Positions 15,241 to 28,672 are shown, counted from the stretch's first letter. The stretch: 64,000 bases of DNA from Okamejei kenojei (GCA_035221665.1 CM069132.1:97960001-98024000); one strand, 5' to 3'. The notes: generated by a model not told the origin, from the sequence alone. Numbers and translations: made by a program.

Positions 15241-17105
15241 AACTGGCAGGGAACATAAAAACTGACTGCAAAAGTTTTTATAGATATGTGAAGAGAAAGA
15301 GGTTAGTTAAAACAAATGTAGGTCCCTTGCAGTCAGAAACAGGTGAGTTGATCATGGGGAACAAGGATATGGCGGACCAATTGAATAACTACTTTGGTTC
15401 CGTCTTCACTAAGGAAGACATAAATAATCTGCCTGAAATAGCAGGGACTGTGGGTCAAAGGAGGAATTGAGTGAAATCCAGGTCAGTCGGGAAGTGGTGT
15501 TGGGTAAATTGAATAGATTAAGGCCGATAAATCCCCAGGGCCAGACAGGTTGCATCCCAGAGTACTTAAGGAAGTGCTCAGGAAATAGTGGATGCATAGT
15601 AGTGATAATCTTTCAAAACTCTTTAGATTCTGGAGTAGTTCCTGAGGATTGGCGGGTAGCAATGTAACCCCTCTTTTTTAAGAAGGGAGGGAGAGAGAAA
15701 ACGGGGAATTACAGACCAGTTAGTCTAACATCGGTAGTGGGGAAACTGCTAGAGTCAGTTATTTGGGATAGCAGCACATTTGGAAAGTGGTGAAATCATT
15801 GGACAAAGTCAGCATGGATTTACAAAAGGTAAAATCATGTCTGACGAATCTTGTGGAATTTTTCGAGGATGTAACTAGTAGCGTGGATAAGGGAGAACCA
15901 GTGGATGTGGTATATCTGGACTTCCAGAAGGCTTTCGACAAGGTCCCACATAAGAGATTAGTATACAAACTTAAAGCATACGGTATTAGGGGTTCAGTAT
16001 TGATGTGGATAGAGAACTGGTTGGCAAACAGGAAGCAAAGAGTAGGAGTAAACGGGTCCTTTTCACAATGGCAGGCAGTAACTAGTGGGGTACCGCAGGG
16101 CTCATGGGACCCCAGCTATTTACAATATATATTAATGATCTGGATGAGGGAATTGAAGGCAATATCTCCAAGTTTGCGGATGACACTAAGCTGGGGGCAG
16201 TGTTCGCTGTGGAGGATGCTAGGAGACTGCAAGGTGACTTGGATAGGCTGGGTGAGTGGGCAAATGTTTGGCAGATGCAGTATAATGTGGATAAATGTGA
16301 GGTTATCCACTTTGGTGGCAAAAACAGGAAAGCAGAATATTATTTAAATGGTGGCCGATTAGGAAAAGGGGAGATGCAGCGAGACCTGGGTGTCATGGTA
16401 CACCAGTCATTGAAAGTAGGCATGCAGGTGCAGCAGGCAGTGAAAAAAGCGAATGGTATGTTAGCTTTCATAGCAAAAGGATTTGAGTACAGGAGCAGGG
16501 AGGTTCTACTCAGTTGTACAGGGTCTTGGTGAGACCACACCTGGAGTATTGCGTGCAGTTTTGGTCTCCAAATTGAGGAAGGACATTATTGCCATAGAGG
16601 GAGTGCAGAGAAGGTTCACCAGACTGATTCCTGGATGTCAGGACTGTCTTATGAAAGAAAGGACTGGATAGACTTGGTTTATACTCTCTGGAATTTAGGA
16701 GATTAAGAGGGGATCTTATAGAAACTTACAAAATTCTAAGGGGTTGGACAGGCTAGATGCAGGAAGATTGTTCCCGATGTTGGGGAAAGTCCAGGACAAG
16801 GGGTCACAGCTTAAGGATAAGGGGGAAATCCTTTAAGACCGAGATGAGAAAGACTTTCTTCACACAGAGAGTGGTGAGTCTCTGGAACTCTCTGCCACAG
16901 AGGGTAGTTGAGGCCAGTTCATTGGCTATATTTAAGAGTGAGTTGGATGTGGCCCTTGTGGCTAAGGGGATCAGAGGGTATGGAGAGAAGGCAGGTACGG
17001 GATACTGAGTTGGATGATCAGCCTGATCATATTGAATGGCGGTGCAGGCTCGAAGGGCTGAATGGCCTACTCCTGCACCTAATTTCTATGTTTCTATGTT
17101 TCTAT
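15241..17105 (+). mobile_element. 5'-truncated CR1 LINE (RT domain to 3' UTR) with multiple frameshifts
   Basis: VYLDFQKAFDKVPH, SGVPQGS, ISKFADDTKLG; (TTCTATGT)n tail; near-identical to 43465-45342. Confidence 0.97.
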
Positions 17106-17791
17106 GTCTATTGGCAATAAGCTGAAACAATCATGCATTTTGGGCTTCCAACAATGTGTAATGAGGGTGAAATTATTACACCACCAGATAGAGCAATTAA
17201 CCAAGAAGACTCCTAAATTGATCAATCTATAATCCCAGTTTTACTTCACTAATGGAAATGAAAATCTGTTGCATTCTATAAAGAGTGTGTGACTTTACCA
17301 ATTTGCTGCCAGGCTGTGAAAGCAAAAAAAAATCCCAAAGATTTCTCAAGCACTGATGATAAGTAAGTAAAAATTACTAAGTAGTAAAATTGGTTGTTCC
17401 ATCTATTACTGCATTTAACATTCTTTGCAAAATACTTTTTCCAGTTAGGTGTTTGAAAAAAAAATCTGTGACTATAGCATGCAAGGCACACAAGAAGCAG
17501 CTGAATATTTAGGGCATTTGTCCACTAAAGCTTACCCAGTCATTCAATTAAATATTTCAGTCCAACTCCACTTTCTTCATTTCCCTTCACTCCCAAGAAT
17601 GTATTTGGAGCTAAGTCATTTATGTATGGGATGATTAAGATATGTTATGTAATTCCTCTTTTTTGTACCAACTGAAAAACAGACTTTAATATAACCACAC
17701 ACCTATTTGTTTTTTCAGATTAATTCAATATTCTACTGCAACAAAACATTTAAATAGTTGAAACAAGCATCCCGAGAGTCTGAATTTGTTA

Positions 17792-18067
<276 letters not shown>

Positions 18068-18220
18068 TTAGTTTGGTTTGAATATGAAGTAGGTTAGGCT
18101 GATGGGGGGGGGAGGGGGGGTCATCACCACGGCGAAGAATGTGGTGATGACAGTGAGATAAAATGTGGGCATGAATGGGAATAATCAAGGTGCAACACCC
18201 CATAAGGTGTCTGGGGAAAA

Positions 18221-18242
18221 AGAGAGAGAGAGAGAGAGAGAG
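18221..18242 (+). repeat. (AG)n microsatellite within a purine-rich tract about 180 bp upstream of the 219-nt exon acceptor
   Basis: agagagagag… run followed by a G/A-rich stretch to about 18390. Confidence 0.9.
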
Positions 18243-19300
18243 AAGGACTCGCTAATAACTGTGCCTTGTAGACTTGGAGTGAGACTGAGCTGCCAAGTGA
18301 GAGCAAGAAGGAGAGAGAGATGGAAAGAAAGATGGAGGGGGAAATGGAGAAGGGGAAAGAAGGAGGTTGAGGGGGGAGGGGGGGAGAGGGAGAGTCGGGC
18401 AGCAGTTGGGTGGGGTTAGGTCCGGATTCCCCCCTGCTTTACCTTGTTTTACACAAGGAGAAACCGAAAAGAAAATTGCAGACTTCATTGTATTCATACA
18501 ATGTTCATAACTTCCCTTAATGGTTTTCGTAAAGCTGGAAATCGTAACATGTAGTACACATTAATATTTCATTTTGTGACAATTTTGGAGGCATTAGCTC
18601 TTTCTGCTTATTATTTATACTCGGTTTTAAAAGTTACGCATTCTTAAAATCCTACTGCATTGGATAAAGACCTTATGTGCCCAAAAATCCATTATTTTCT
18701 TTGCAGTCTGAACAAAAACAAATCTTTAATTGGAGACATTTCTACATATAATGTTGAGAAGATCACAATAATTTCAGTAGCTTTACTTGTCACGAGCACA
18801 CAGGAAGACAATGAAGATGGCTAAGAGAACCTCTATAATAGTCTACTTCCCATGAGGAATGTGATAATTACATAACCAATCATTTAAAAATTATATACAC
18901 TTCTGTGGTCGTTTTATAATTGCCCATATGTCAAATCAGACAAAGTATGAAAAATTGACAAATTTGCTCATCTGACCTCTGATGAGCCACCAACTGTCTT
19001 ATCAATCTGTATGAATTCAGGAAGATGTTCAAATGCATCTTCCTGAAATTGAAGAATCATGTTAAAACAACAGTATTTGTCCTCAGAAAATGTATCTAAA
19101 TTGTCTCGCCTATAATGTCTTTATATATTTACTCAGATCATATCACAAGAATATTCCAGATTCATTCTTTTCTTATTATCAGTCATAATTTGCATTTATA
19201 TCACAAGCATATGTATGCAAGTGTTACTTTAGGATCATGATATACCAACCACAAATAAATTCCAACGATTGTTTAAAAAGTCATTGTCACATCAAATCTT

Positions 19301-19369
19301 GTGCCAGCTCGGCACGGACTGGAAGGGCCGAGAGGGCCTGTCTCCGTGCTGTAATTGTTATATGGTTAA
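19301..19369 (+). mobile_element. Very short LINE 3' stub; near-identical inverted copy at about 63789-63849
   Basis: tcggcacggactggaagggccgagagggcctgtctccgtgctgtaattgttatatggttaa is the reverse complement of 63789-63849. Confidence 0.75.
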
Positions 19370-20924
19370 ACAAATATCACACCTAGCATCTGTTAGGGTG
19401 TGAACATTCTGATTATTCAATAACCGGTCTGATTATTTAAGTGCTTGGCCAAATTGACACAAAAAGATCAAAGAATAATTTTAAATTTTACACATACTAT
19501 AAGAAACTTACATACGCTAAATCTTAAATTATTGTCGCCTCTTTCAGCCGGGTTGTGAGGAGATGCACAGTCCTTTTAGTTTCCAGATCATAATTAGTGT
19601 GGCCTACTCATGAGGGTGAGAATAGGATTTACTTTGAGCTGCAATAAGAGTTTATTTGGAGAAGATTTTGCATAGGATAGATTTGTTGGGCAGGCTGTGG
19701 CATAAGAGGATTGATACGGCAATAAAATGCATGAACAAAACAAATGGACTCTCAATTTGATATCATTTCAATGCAATTAATTCTGATTCATTTTGGCATA
19801 GAATTTTCAAAATCAACTATTTATAAAGCATATTTGAGAATGTCCATCTTTTCCATGGAAAGCATAGTCCCTTCTCCATAACTCTCCTCATCTTCTGGCA
19901 ACATTTGACTGGTATACCTCCTGGCACTTTCGCAGCAGAACTGACCCCAAATGTCTGTTATCTCCCAAATGCTGAACTTCCAAGGCAAGCATCCAATGTA
20001 GTCACAACAAGCCTAACTTGGAGTTTCATTATTTTTGTTATTAACCTTTCCAGTGCTTGTTTCCGGTGCCAATGGTGTGATGACAAAATCCAGAGGCTGC
20101 AGACTCTTTGAACAGTTCATGGACCAAGATTCTCTGCCTGTTTAACCAGATTCAGATTCCAGTAATTTATTTAAAATGTAGCTCAGCATTGTCCAAACAA
20201 ACATCTTCTAGAGGATGGACTAACCATGTATCAACATGTAGGCAAATCTTATGTCACTTTAACTTATGGAGCAATATTGATTGCATTTCAAAAGTTGTTT
20301 AATGGTCATGAAGAGCTCCAAAACATCTCAAAGTTGTTTAAGATATTATATAAACAAAGGGTCTTTCCTTTCAAACATGTATCTTATCTTATCTTTTTTC
20401 CTCAGCATGTCAAAAGATATTTAGCCCATTAACATAAATATGTGGAGCAAATGTTGTAATATACAATGTTCAGGAATGCTCAAACTTAAGGGTACAATTC
20501 AAACCATTTATTTAAGTTTTCCTCATACAATGGGTGGTCTTTTCAACTAATACTTAAGAGTGTTTTATTGTCATATGTCCCAGATAGGACAATGAAATTC
20601 TTACTTGCTGCTGAACAACAGAATATGTAAACATAGCACATAACGGGAGAAAAAAAGTTCAGTGTGTATATATACACATGACACATACTCAATAAATAAA
20701 CAAATATAGTGCAAGAATAATAATAGTCTGCTCAAATGAACTCATTTGAGATTTTTATTCTAAATTTCATTTTTCATTGTTAATTGTGGAATCCCTGAAC
20801 TAAATCACGGTTCAATTCCCTCTCAAACCCGAGTAGAAAAATCATGGTTAATGTCAATGAAAGTACTGTTGGAAGATGCATCCTTTTGATGTGAGGTCAA
20901 TTCATGACCAAATTTTAGACTTTC

Positions 20925-21225
20925 AGACTTGCGACGTTAGAGATGCAGCGTGAAAACAGGCCTTTCTGCCCACCAAGTCCATGCTGACCAGCGATCACCC
21001 TGCACACTAACACTATCCTACACACAAGGGTCAATTTACAATTTTACCTAAGCCAATTAACCTACAAACCTGTACGTCTTTGGAGCGTGGGGGGGAACCG
21101 GAGCACCCAGAGAAAACCCTCGTGGTCACAGGGAGAACGTGTAAACTCCGTACTGACAGCACCTGTAGTCAGGATGAACCTGGGTCTTGCCGCTATAAGG
21201 CAGCAACTCTATTGTTGTGCCGTCC
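20925..21225 (-). mobile_element. V-SINE (HE1-like)
   Basis: V-domain core (ggaaccggagcacccagagaaaaccc…gggagaacgtgtaaactcc on the plus strand), tRNA-like head, CR1-like tail. Confidence 0.8.
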
Positions 21226-22273
21226 ATTCTGAAGGACAACCCAGACAACATGGCACTACTTTGAAGAAAAGCAGTGCAGTTATACTTTGGGCCCTGAACA
21301 ATATTTATTCCTCAATCAAAAGATGAAAATCTGATTATTTGGATTTTATCACATTGCTGTTTGTGAGTTTTCTGTGCCTAAATAAGCTGTGTGTTTCCTA
21401 AATTGTATGTCTTTAATTATTCCATTGGCTGCGAAATCCTTTGGGAAAATCTGACCATGAAAGCGATATAGAAATGCAGGCCTATCTTTTTCACTTGTGA
21501 ACAAAAGTACAAATGTATTTTTAGCATACCTATGAAACTACCTTCAAGTTACATCTAAAACAAAACATAAATATATCACTTGAAAGTGCGTACAATACCT
21601 CACTGTGCTATTATCTCCAAAGTGATAAATATCAGACATTAAGGCAGTGCTAATAACTTTAACTCCAATTCTCACACTGACCTTTCTGGCCAGGGTGTCC
21701 TCCATTGCCAGAGTGAGGCCACGTGCACACTGGTGGAACAACACCTCATATTCTGCTTGGATAGCAATAGTATGGTCATTGAATTCTCCAATTTTAGGCA
21801 ACACCCTCCCCAATTTTTCTCCCCCCTCTCATCCCTGTGCCCCATCCTGTTGCACACCCATTTCTCCCACTATCCTCCTCATCTTTCCCCTTCCCCTGTC
21901 CCCTTCCATAAAGACTGATAACAGATTGGCTCATTGTTATGAGCCTTGTAATGATTATATAACTAAGAGAGATCTATAGTTCTTTCGTTTTGTGATTAGT
22001 AGAAACAAAGGGTGTATTTGTTCATGTTTGAAAAAAAATGATATCTAAAAATCAGCGAGTACGATGTGGTTTTCAGAACAAATTAAGTATTTTCAAATGT
22101 TTGCTTTGACCTGTTTGAATTTGAACTGCAAGTTATACCATGGTGAACCATGGAGAAACTGCCGATACCAAATTAATTTGACAACTTCACACCAGAGTTT
22201 CCCAATGTAAATGGTTAACATCAAAACAAAATGTGTAATAGAATTTTCATGTTCATGGTGCCACAATGAATTA

Positions 22274-22755
22274 GACATAGAACATAGAAAAATAGGTGCA
22301 GGAGTAGGCCATTCGGCCCTTCGAGCCTGCACCGCCATTCAATATGATCATGGCTGATCATCCAACTCAGTATCCTGTACCTACCTTCTCTCCATACCCC
22401 CTGATCCCTTTAGCCATAAGAGCCACATCCAACTCCCTCTTGAATATAGCCAATGACTGGCCTCAACGACCTTCTGTGGCAGAGAATTCCAGAGACTCAC
22501 CACTCTCTGTGTAAAGAATGTTTTCCTCATCTCGGTCCTAAAGGAATTTCCCCTTATCCTTAGACTGTGACCCCTAGTTCTGGACTCCCCCAACATCGGG
22601 AACCAATCTTCCTGCATCTAGCTTGTCCAACCCCTTAAGAATTTTGTAAGTTTCTATAAGATCCCCCCTCAATCTTCTAAATTCCAGTGAGTACAAGCCG
22701 ATTCTATCCAGTCTTTCTTCATATGAAAGTCCCGACATCCCAGGAATCAGTCTGG
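22274..22755 (-). mobile_element. Young CR1 LINE 3' fragment
   Basis: FPMLGESRTRGHSLRIRGNSFRTEMRKTFFTQRVVSLWNSLPQ; possible 7-bp TSD tgaatta at 22267-22273 and 22756-22762. Confidence 0.92.
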
Positions 22756-24324
22756 TGAATTAAAGGCATTTTGTCCCATGTTGCTAATTATACCACTCTT
22801 AAACATCAAGTGTATTCTCATGATACAAGGTGCAAACTAAAGCTCTGAGACAGGCTGACCTTTTACCAACATAAATTTGGAGCAAGCACGAAGGAAACAA
22901 GAAAAGCAATACTGCTTAGTAGGCAATTAAATATGTTTAGTTCCTGACAATAGGAAATTACATGACATATGAGGATGTCTTCCGCTTTGCATATTTTAAA
23001 GGAGGATGTAATTTCGCTAAAAGCTTGTAGCTGGAGAATAACTTTCACTGATATAATGAAATCCTATCATTGATGATTCATTAAGGACCAGGATGACAGA
23101 TCTTACAACTCAAATCCCATTACTTCACAAATGACTAATTTTACAGTGAAGAATAAGTATTTGTTAAACATAACCAGCTTTAGATTCCAATAATTTACTA
23201 TCTATTGAAATATCTAGTATATTATTCATCAGATTGTTTAAACATGTGCAATATAAATGACAAGTAAATTGAGAATGATTTATAGGATTATTGAAAAGAA
23301 GAAAATATAATATTCCAGCTTATCATAATACAAAGCCACTTTACTCACAAATGTTCAGATAGAATTATTGAGGGTTACAGAATTGAAAAGTTCATAGGAT
23401 GTTGGACTAATTAGTTGCAGAACAGGAGAGTAAAATATCTCATTCACTACACTAACAACTGATCCTCTGGCTGGCTATTAGTGGTTTTTGGTCCTTTATC
23501 ATTCACTAATTTAAACACAGTTTCAAACATTTGGAAACAAATGCATCTAAGACCACCTAGAAATATTAAACTCAGTGATGTTGAAAGATTAAACTGCCTG
23601 GATAGCACGCAAAATAAGCTTTTCCCTGTACCTCAGTACTCGTCATTATTTTATCAATCAATGCATTTATGTTGCATGGGATATACTTCCTTAAAATGGT
23701 TCTTTTCTTACCATCGGCTCGAACATTTTAAAAGTGTTTATCTTTGTAGCTGTATGTGACTGAAGTTGAGAGTTTACTTTACAAAATGAGATTATTTTAT
23801 TTAGCTAGAGAGCAAATAAATAAATCCATTTTGCCCATGGTCCTGAAGTTCCGTTACATTATTTTCTATTCTTCCATTTTCTATTGATCAAAAGTTAAAA
23901 TCAATAAGTATCAAGCAATACTTCTGAACTAAACAGTGTCAGTAGTTTCACATAGACTCAACGATAAACCAACTGACTTGAACTTGGCCCAGCACATTGA
24001 TGTAAAGATGAAGAGGGCACCCCAGTGCCTGTACTTCCTTTAAAGTTTAAAGAAATTTGGCATGTTATCCAATACTATAACAAACTCTAAATAGAGTTCT
24101 AGTCATATGGCCAGGAGACAAGCCATTCAGCTCAAATTATCCATGACGACCAAGATGGTCCATCTACACTATATCCGGATATGCCTGCTTTGGCCCATAT
24201 CCAACCTAACCTTTTCTGTCCATGTACCTGTCCAAATGTATTTTAAATGTTGTTATAGTACCTGCCTCAACTGGCTCCTCTCGCAGCTCAGTCTACATAC
24301 CCACCACATCTGAGTGAAAATGTT

Positions 24325-25010
24325 ACGATAAGATACAATAAAACTTTATACATCCCCGGAAGGAAATTGGCCTGTTGACAGTCACAACACACAAGGTACA
24401 CAAAAACTTAAAATTAAAAGTGAAAACAAAAAGAAAAAGACAAGCGACTGTTGGCTGGCTTCCGTGTGCACAGCGCCTTAAACGGAACAAATGAACAAAG
24501 AACAAAGAAACGTAGACTTATCCCCTGGGCAGAGGATTCTAAACCTAGAGTGCCCCCCCCCCCCCTCACCCCCCCGACGCCTCCACACCGAGTCACCCTT
24601 TGTTCTTCCACCATCCCTCACGATTGTCCCCCCATGCCGGTTCCCCATTGTCTTGTATGATCAGCCATAATCACATTGAATGGCGGTGCTGGCTTGAAGG
24701 GCTGAATGGCCTGCTCCTGCACCTATTGTCTTCCCCTCCCCCCTCACACTCATCGACCATCGGGCCCTGCTGCCACCGAGGCTCTCGTTGCCACCGAGGC
24801 CCACGTTGCTGCTGAGGCACCCGCCGCTGCTGAGTCACCCACTGTCGCCGCCGAGGCTCCCACCGCTGGGGGCTCCCATCGCCGCCACCACTGAGGCTCC
24901 TTCGGCTGAGACAGGCCTCGCCGCTCGGCTTCTCCGCAGTCCCCTGGAAAGCCTGGGGGGCGAGTCTTGCCTACCGGGGCACGTTCCGATCTTCGGTCAT
25001 CGTTCTGGAC
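24325..25010 (-). mobile_element. GC-rich retroposon fragment inserted between CR1 pieces
   Basis: Short-repeat tail (acgataagatacaat) and CpG-rich body with ccgaggc/ctgagg repeats; flanked by CR1 remnants at 24100-24322 and 25010-25210. Confidence 0.5.
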
Positions 25011-25430
25011 ATCCCAATTTCTATACGTAATACCCTGACTGACGAAGACCAACGTACCCAAAGCCTTCTTGACCACCTTAGCTACATGTGACACTATTTT
25101 CAAGGAATTATGTTCCTGTTCTCCGAGATCCCTCTGCTCTACAATAGCCCCTGGGCCCTGCCATTCGCTGTGTAGGTCCTGCTCTGGTTTGACTTCCCAA
25201 AATGCAACACCATTCTCAAAATGCATCCTGATTGGTTGCATCATAGGCCAGCACAACTCCAACACAGGGGAACGCAAGAGGCTGCAGAGGGTGATCTCAG
25301 CCGGGACCATTATGGGCACAGTCCTCCCCGCCATCAAGGAATGCCACCATCCAGTCCATGCCCTTTTCTCGCTGCTACCATTGGGCAGGAAGTACAGAAC
25401 ACAGGCTCAGGAACAGTTACTTTCTCACAA

Positions 25431-25655
25431 GTAAGGTAGACAAAGGTGCTGGAGAAACACAGCGGGTGCAAACTTAGTCTGAAGAAGGGTTTCGGCCCGA
25501 AACGTTGCCTATTTCCTTTGCTCAGTCTGAAGAAGGGTTTCGGCCCGAAACGTTGCCCATTTCCTTTCGCTCCATAGATGCTGCTGCACCCGCTGAGTTT
25601 CTCCAGCACTTTTGTCTACCTTCGATTTTCCAGCATCTGCAGTTCCTTCTTAAAC
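25431..25655 (+). mobile_element. Penelope-terminus mini-element with tandem hammerhead motifs, inserted in a Rex1-like 3' remnant
   Basis: 12-bp TSD actttctcacaa at 25419-25430 and 25656-25667; two ctgaagaagggtttcggcccgaaacg motifs 48 nt apart. Confidence 0.8.
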
Positions 25656-27338
25656 ACTTTCTCACAACTGTCAGGTTCCTGAACCAACCTGCACAACACT
25701 CGTCGTACCTAGGGAATGAAACTCTATGGACCACCTCTTGCACCTGAATAGACTCGTTTTATAATTCCGATTTGCACAAATTCCTTGTCTTCTTTACACA
25801 ATCTTTTTCTTTTTACTGTTTTGCAGAACATCATGCATTATTTCTGTTTTTGTGCATTTGTCTAATCTATATGCCTATGATGTTGTTGCAAGCAACATTT
25901 TCATTGTACCTGCGCAATTCATCTTGGAAAAATCAACTTTATTGTCATTCAGACCTTGCGGTCTGAACACTTCGTTTGCAGGTAAATAACAAAAACACGC
26001 AATAAACAATATTTAACATCCACCACTGCTGTGGTGGAAGGCAATTCTTCCTCTTCCTCTTCATTCACCATACTTGCCCATCCCCTCCACAGCTGCTGTC
26101 TGACCTGCTGAGCTCTTCCAGCACTTTAGTTTATTATTGTCACGTGTGCTGAGGTACAGGGAAAAACTTATGTTTGCGTGCTATTCAGTCGAAGGAAAGA
26201 CTATACATGATTACAATCAAGCCATCCATCGTGCAAAGATAAAAGGTAAAGAGTACAATATTTTGTGCAAGATAAAGTCATATAAATGAACTGCAGATGT
26301 TGGTTCAAACGATAGACACAAAATGCTGGGGTAACTGCGAGACAGGCAGCATCTCTGGTTAGAAGAAATGGGTGACATTTCGGGTCGAGACTCTTCTTCA
26401 GACTGAGAGTCAAGGAGATGGAGATACAGAGATAAGGAAGTGTAAGGTGTGAAAATGAGACATTAAAGGTGGATGAAGTTCAAGAAAAATGTAGAATAGA
26501 TCATTGTTAGCTAGGAGAAGGTGATAACAAAGCATACAGAGAAGATTAAATCAGTGGGACAGTCAGACTGGTTGGAGAACTAAGAAGGGAACAGCAAGGG
26601 TTACTTGAAGATGCGGCATAGGTGGAGGAATTGGGAGTAGGGGGATAGAGGACAGAGGAATTGGGAGTAGGGGATACTCCCAATTCCTCCATCTACACTG
26701 CATCTGCACCCAATATGAGGTGTTCCATACCAAGGCATCCCTCATTCTTTAGGGAACGAGGGTTGGGGGTTCCCTTCTTCCGTGATGAATGAGGCCTTCA
26801 CAAGGGTCTCCTCGGGATCCCACAGCTCCGCTCTTGCTCCCTCTCCCCCCAGTCACAACATGGACAGAGTCCCCCTTGTCCTCGCCTTTCACTCGATCAG
26901 CCATTTTCGCCACATCCAACGGGATCCCATCACTATCTCCAGACCTCCCAACATTTGATTGTCAAAATTCATAATATTTCCCCTCAAAATTCATATTTTT
27001 AAATGAAAATTCATAATATGTCGCGGCGCCCTATTCGGGGTCCCATGTCACAAATTCTAAATTGTGAAGAAGTATTTTAAATGCCAAAATGTGAAAAAGG
27101 TACATGTATGCTGAAAACATTTATAATTCTTTGTTAAACTTGATAAATTGGCACTAGACTCACCTTAATTTCTCTCACTTGGGGTTGTTGCCGGCGGCTA
27201 TGCGCCTGCGCACTGGTGCAGATCAGCGGGCTGCCGGCGGGCGGGTGCGGCACATGCGCACTTGGCCAGGTTGCCGGCGGGTCTGCGCCTGCGCACTGGG
27301 TGGGGGTGGGGGTGGGGGGGGAGGCCGGTGATGGGGCT

Positions 27339-27557
27339 TTAAAGAAGGAACTGCAGATGCTGGAGAATCGAGGGTACACAAAAAGCTGGAGAAACTCAGC
27401 GGGTGCAGCAGCATCTAAGGAGCGAAGGAGATAGGCGGACGTTTCGGGTCGAGACCTTCTTCTAGCTGAAGAAGGGTCTCAACCCGAAACGTCGCCTATC
27501 TCCTTCGCTCCTTAGATGCTGCTGCACCCGCTGAGTTTCTCCAGCTTTTTGTGTACC
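27339..27557. mobile_element. Fold-back Penelope-terminus mini-element
   Basis: Perfect 14-bp TSD ccggtgatggggct at 27325-27338 and 27558-27571; ~90-bp inverted arms centred near 27462. Confidence 0.85.
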
Positions 27558-27671
27558 CCGGTGATGGGGCTGCCGCGAGCGGCCGGCTGGCGGCAAGAAA
27601 GTGCCGCTGATCGCGCGGGCCGGCGCCGCCCGGGCTCTGGGCCGGGCGTGGCGTGGCTCGAAATGGCGCCA

Positions 27672-27845
27672 GGCCCGGCAACCCTCCCCCACTGCGCACG
27701 CGCGGCCACTGGGGCCCGGCAACCCTCCCCCACTGCGCACGCGCGTCCACTGGGGCCCGGCAACCCTCACCTACTGCGCACGCGCGGCCACTGGGGCCCG
27801 GCAACCCTCCCCACTGCGCACGCGCGGCCACTAGGGCCCGGCAAA
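27672..27845 (+). repeat. GC-rich minisatellite, ~41-bp unit, four full copies plus a partial
   Basis: Unit ggcccggcaaccctcccc(c)actgcgcacgcgcggccactgg. Confidence 0.92.
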
Positions 27846-28672
27846 GTGCCGCTGATCGCGCGGGCCGGCAAACCGGGGACACATGGCGCCGGCGTTCACC
27901 ACGGGAGGAAGAATTTAGCGGGATAATTAGGGTACAAATCGGGATGGCGGGAAGGGAACCTAAAAAGCGGGAATATCCCGCCAAAAGCGGGATAGTTGGG
28001 AGGTCTGCATCTCCACCCCTTTCCGCAGAGACCTTTCCCTCCACAATTTCTCTCTTAATCCTTGGTTAACCCGTCCCATCCTACCCAAGCCACCCCTCTC
28101 CAGGCACTTTCCCCTGCAACCTCAGGAGATGGAACACCTGTCCACATACCTCATCCCTCGACTCCATCCAAGGAGTATTTTCAGGTGAGGCAGAGGTTCA
28201 CTTGCACTTCCTCCAACCTCATCTACTGTATCCGCTGTTCCAGGTGTGGGCTCCTATATATCGGCAAGACCAAGCGCAGACTCGGCGATCGATTTGCTGA
28301 ACACCTCCAGTCAATCCGCCTAAACCTACCTGATCTCCCAATTGTTAAACACTTTAACTCCCCCTCCCATTCCCAAATTGACATTTCTGTCCTGGGCCTC
28401 CTCCACTGTCAGAGTGAGGCCCAGTGCAAATTGGAGGAACGGTACCTCATATTTTGCTTGGGCAGTTTACACCCCAGTGGTATGAATATTGAATTCTCTA
28501 ACTTCACGAAACCCTTGCTTTCCCTCTCTCTCCGTTCCTCTCCCTTCCTAGTTCTCCGACCAGACTGACTATCCCCCTGAGTTAATTTTATCTCTGGATG
28601 CTTCGTTGTCACCTTCTCCTAGCTAACAATGATCTATTCTACATTTTCTTTCAACATCCCCTTTAATGTCTT

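Larger units (their letters stand above)
26940..28007. mobile_element. Non-autonomous TIR DNA transposon (hAT-like CAG termini)
   Basis: 13-bp TIR CAGACCTCCCAAC (26940) / GTTGGGAGGTCTG (28007); flanks tatctc|…|catctc; subterminal repeats aaaattcata(ata) on the left and aaaagcggga on the right; splits a contiguous Penelope sequence. Confidence 0.8.

Noticed and set aside
23160-23195. Minus-strand NYWN codons (also at about 20156-20167) as a candidate start of the upstream exon
   Set aside because: The following residues do not resemble Caspr2.
24750-25337. 195-aa minus-strand ORF
   Set aside because: Chimeric read-through across Rex1-like, CR1 and GC-rich repeat fragments.
27462-28069. Several overlapping ORFs with repeated peptides, and a superficially CRISPR-like array
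   Set aside because: GC-rich minisatellite with no unique spacers, inside a eukaryotic TIR element.
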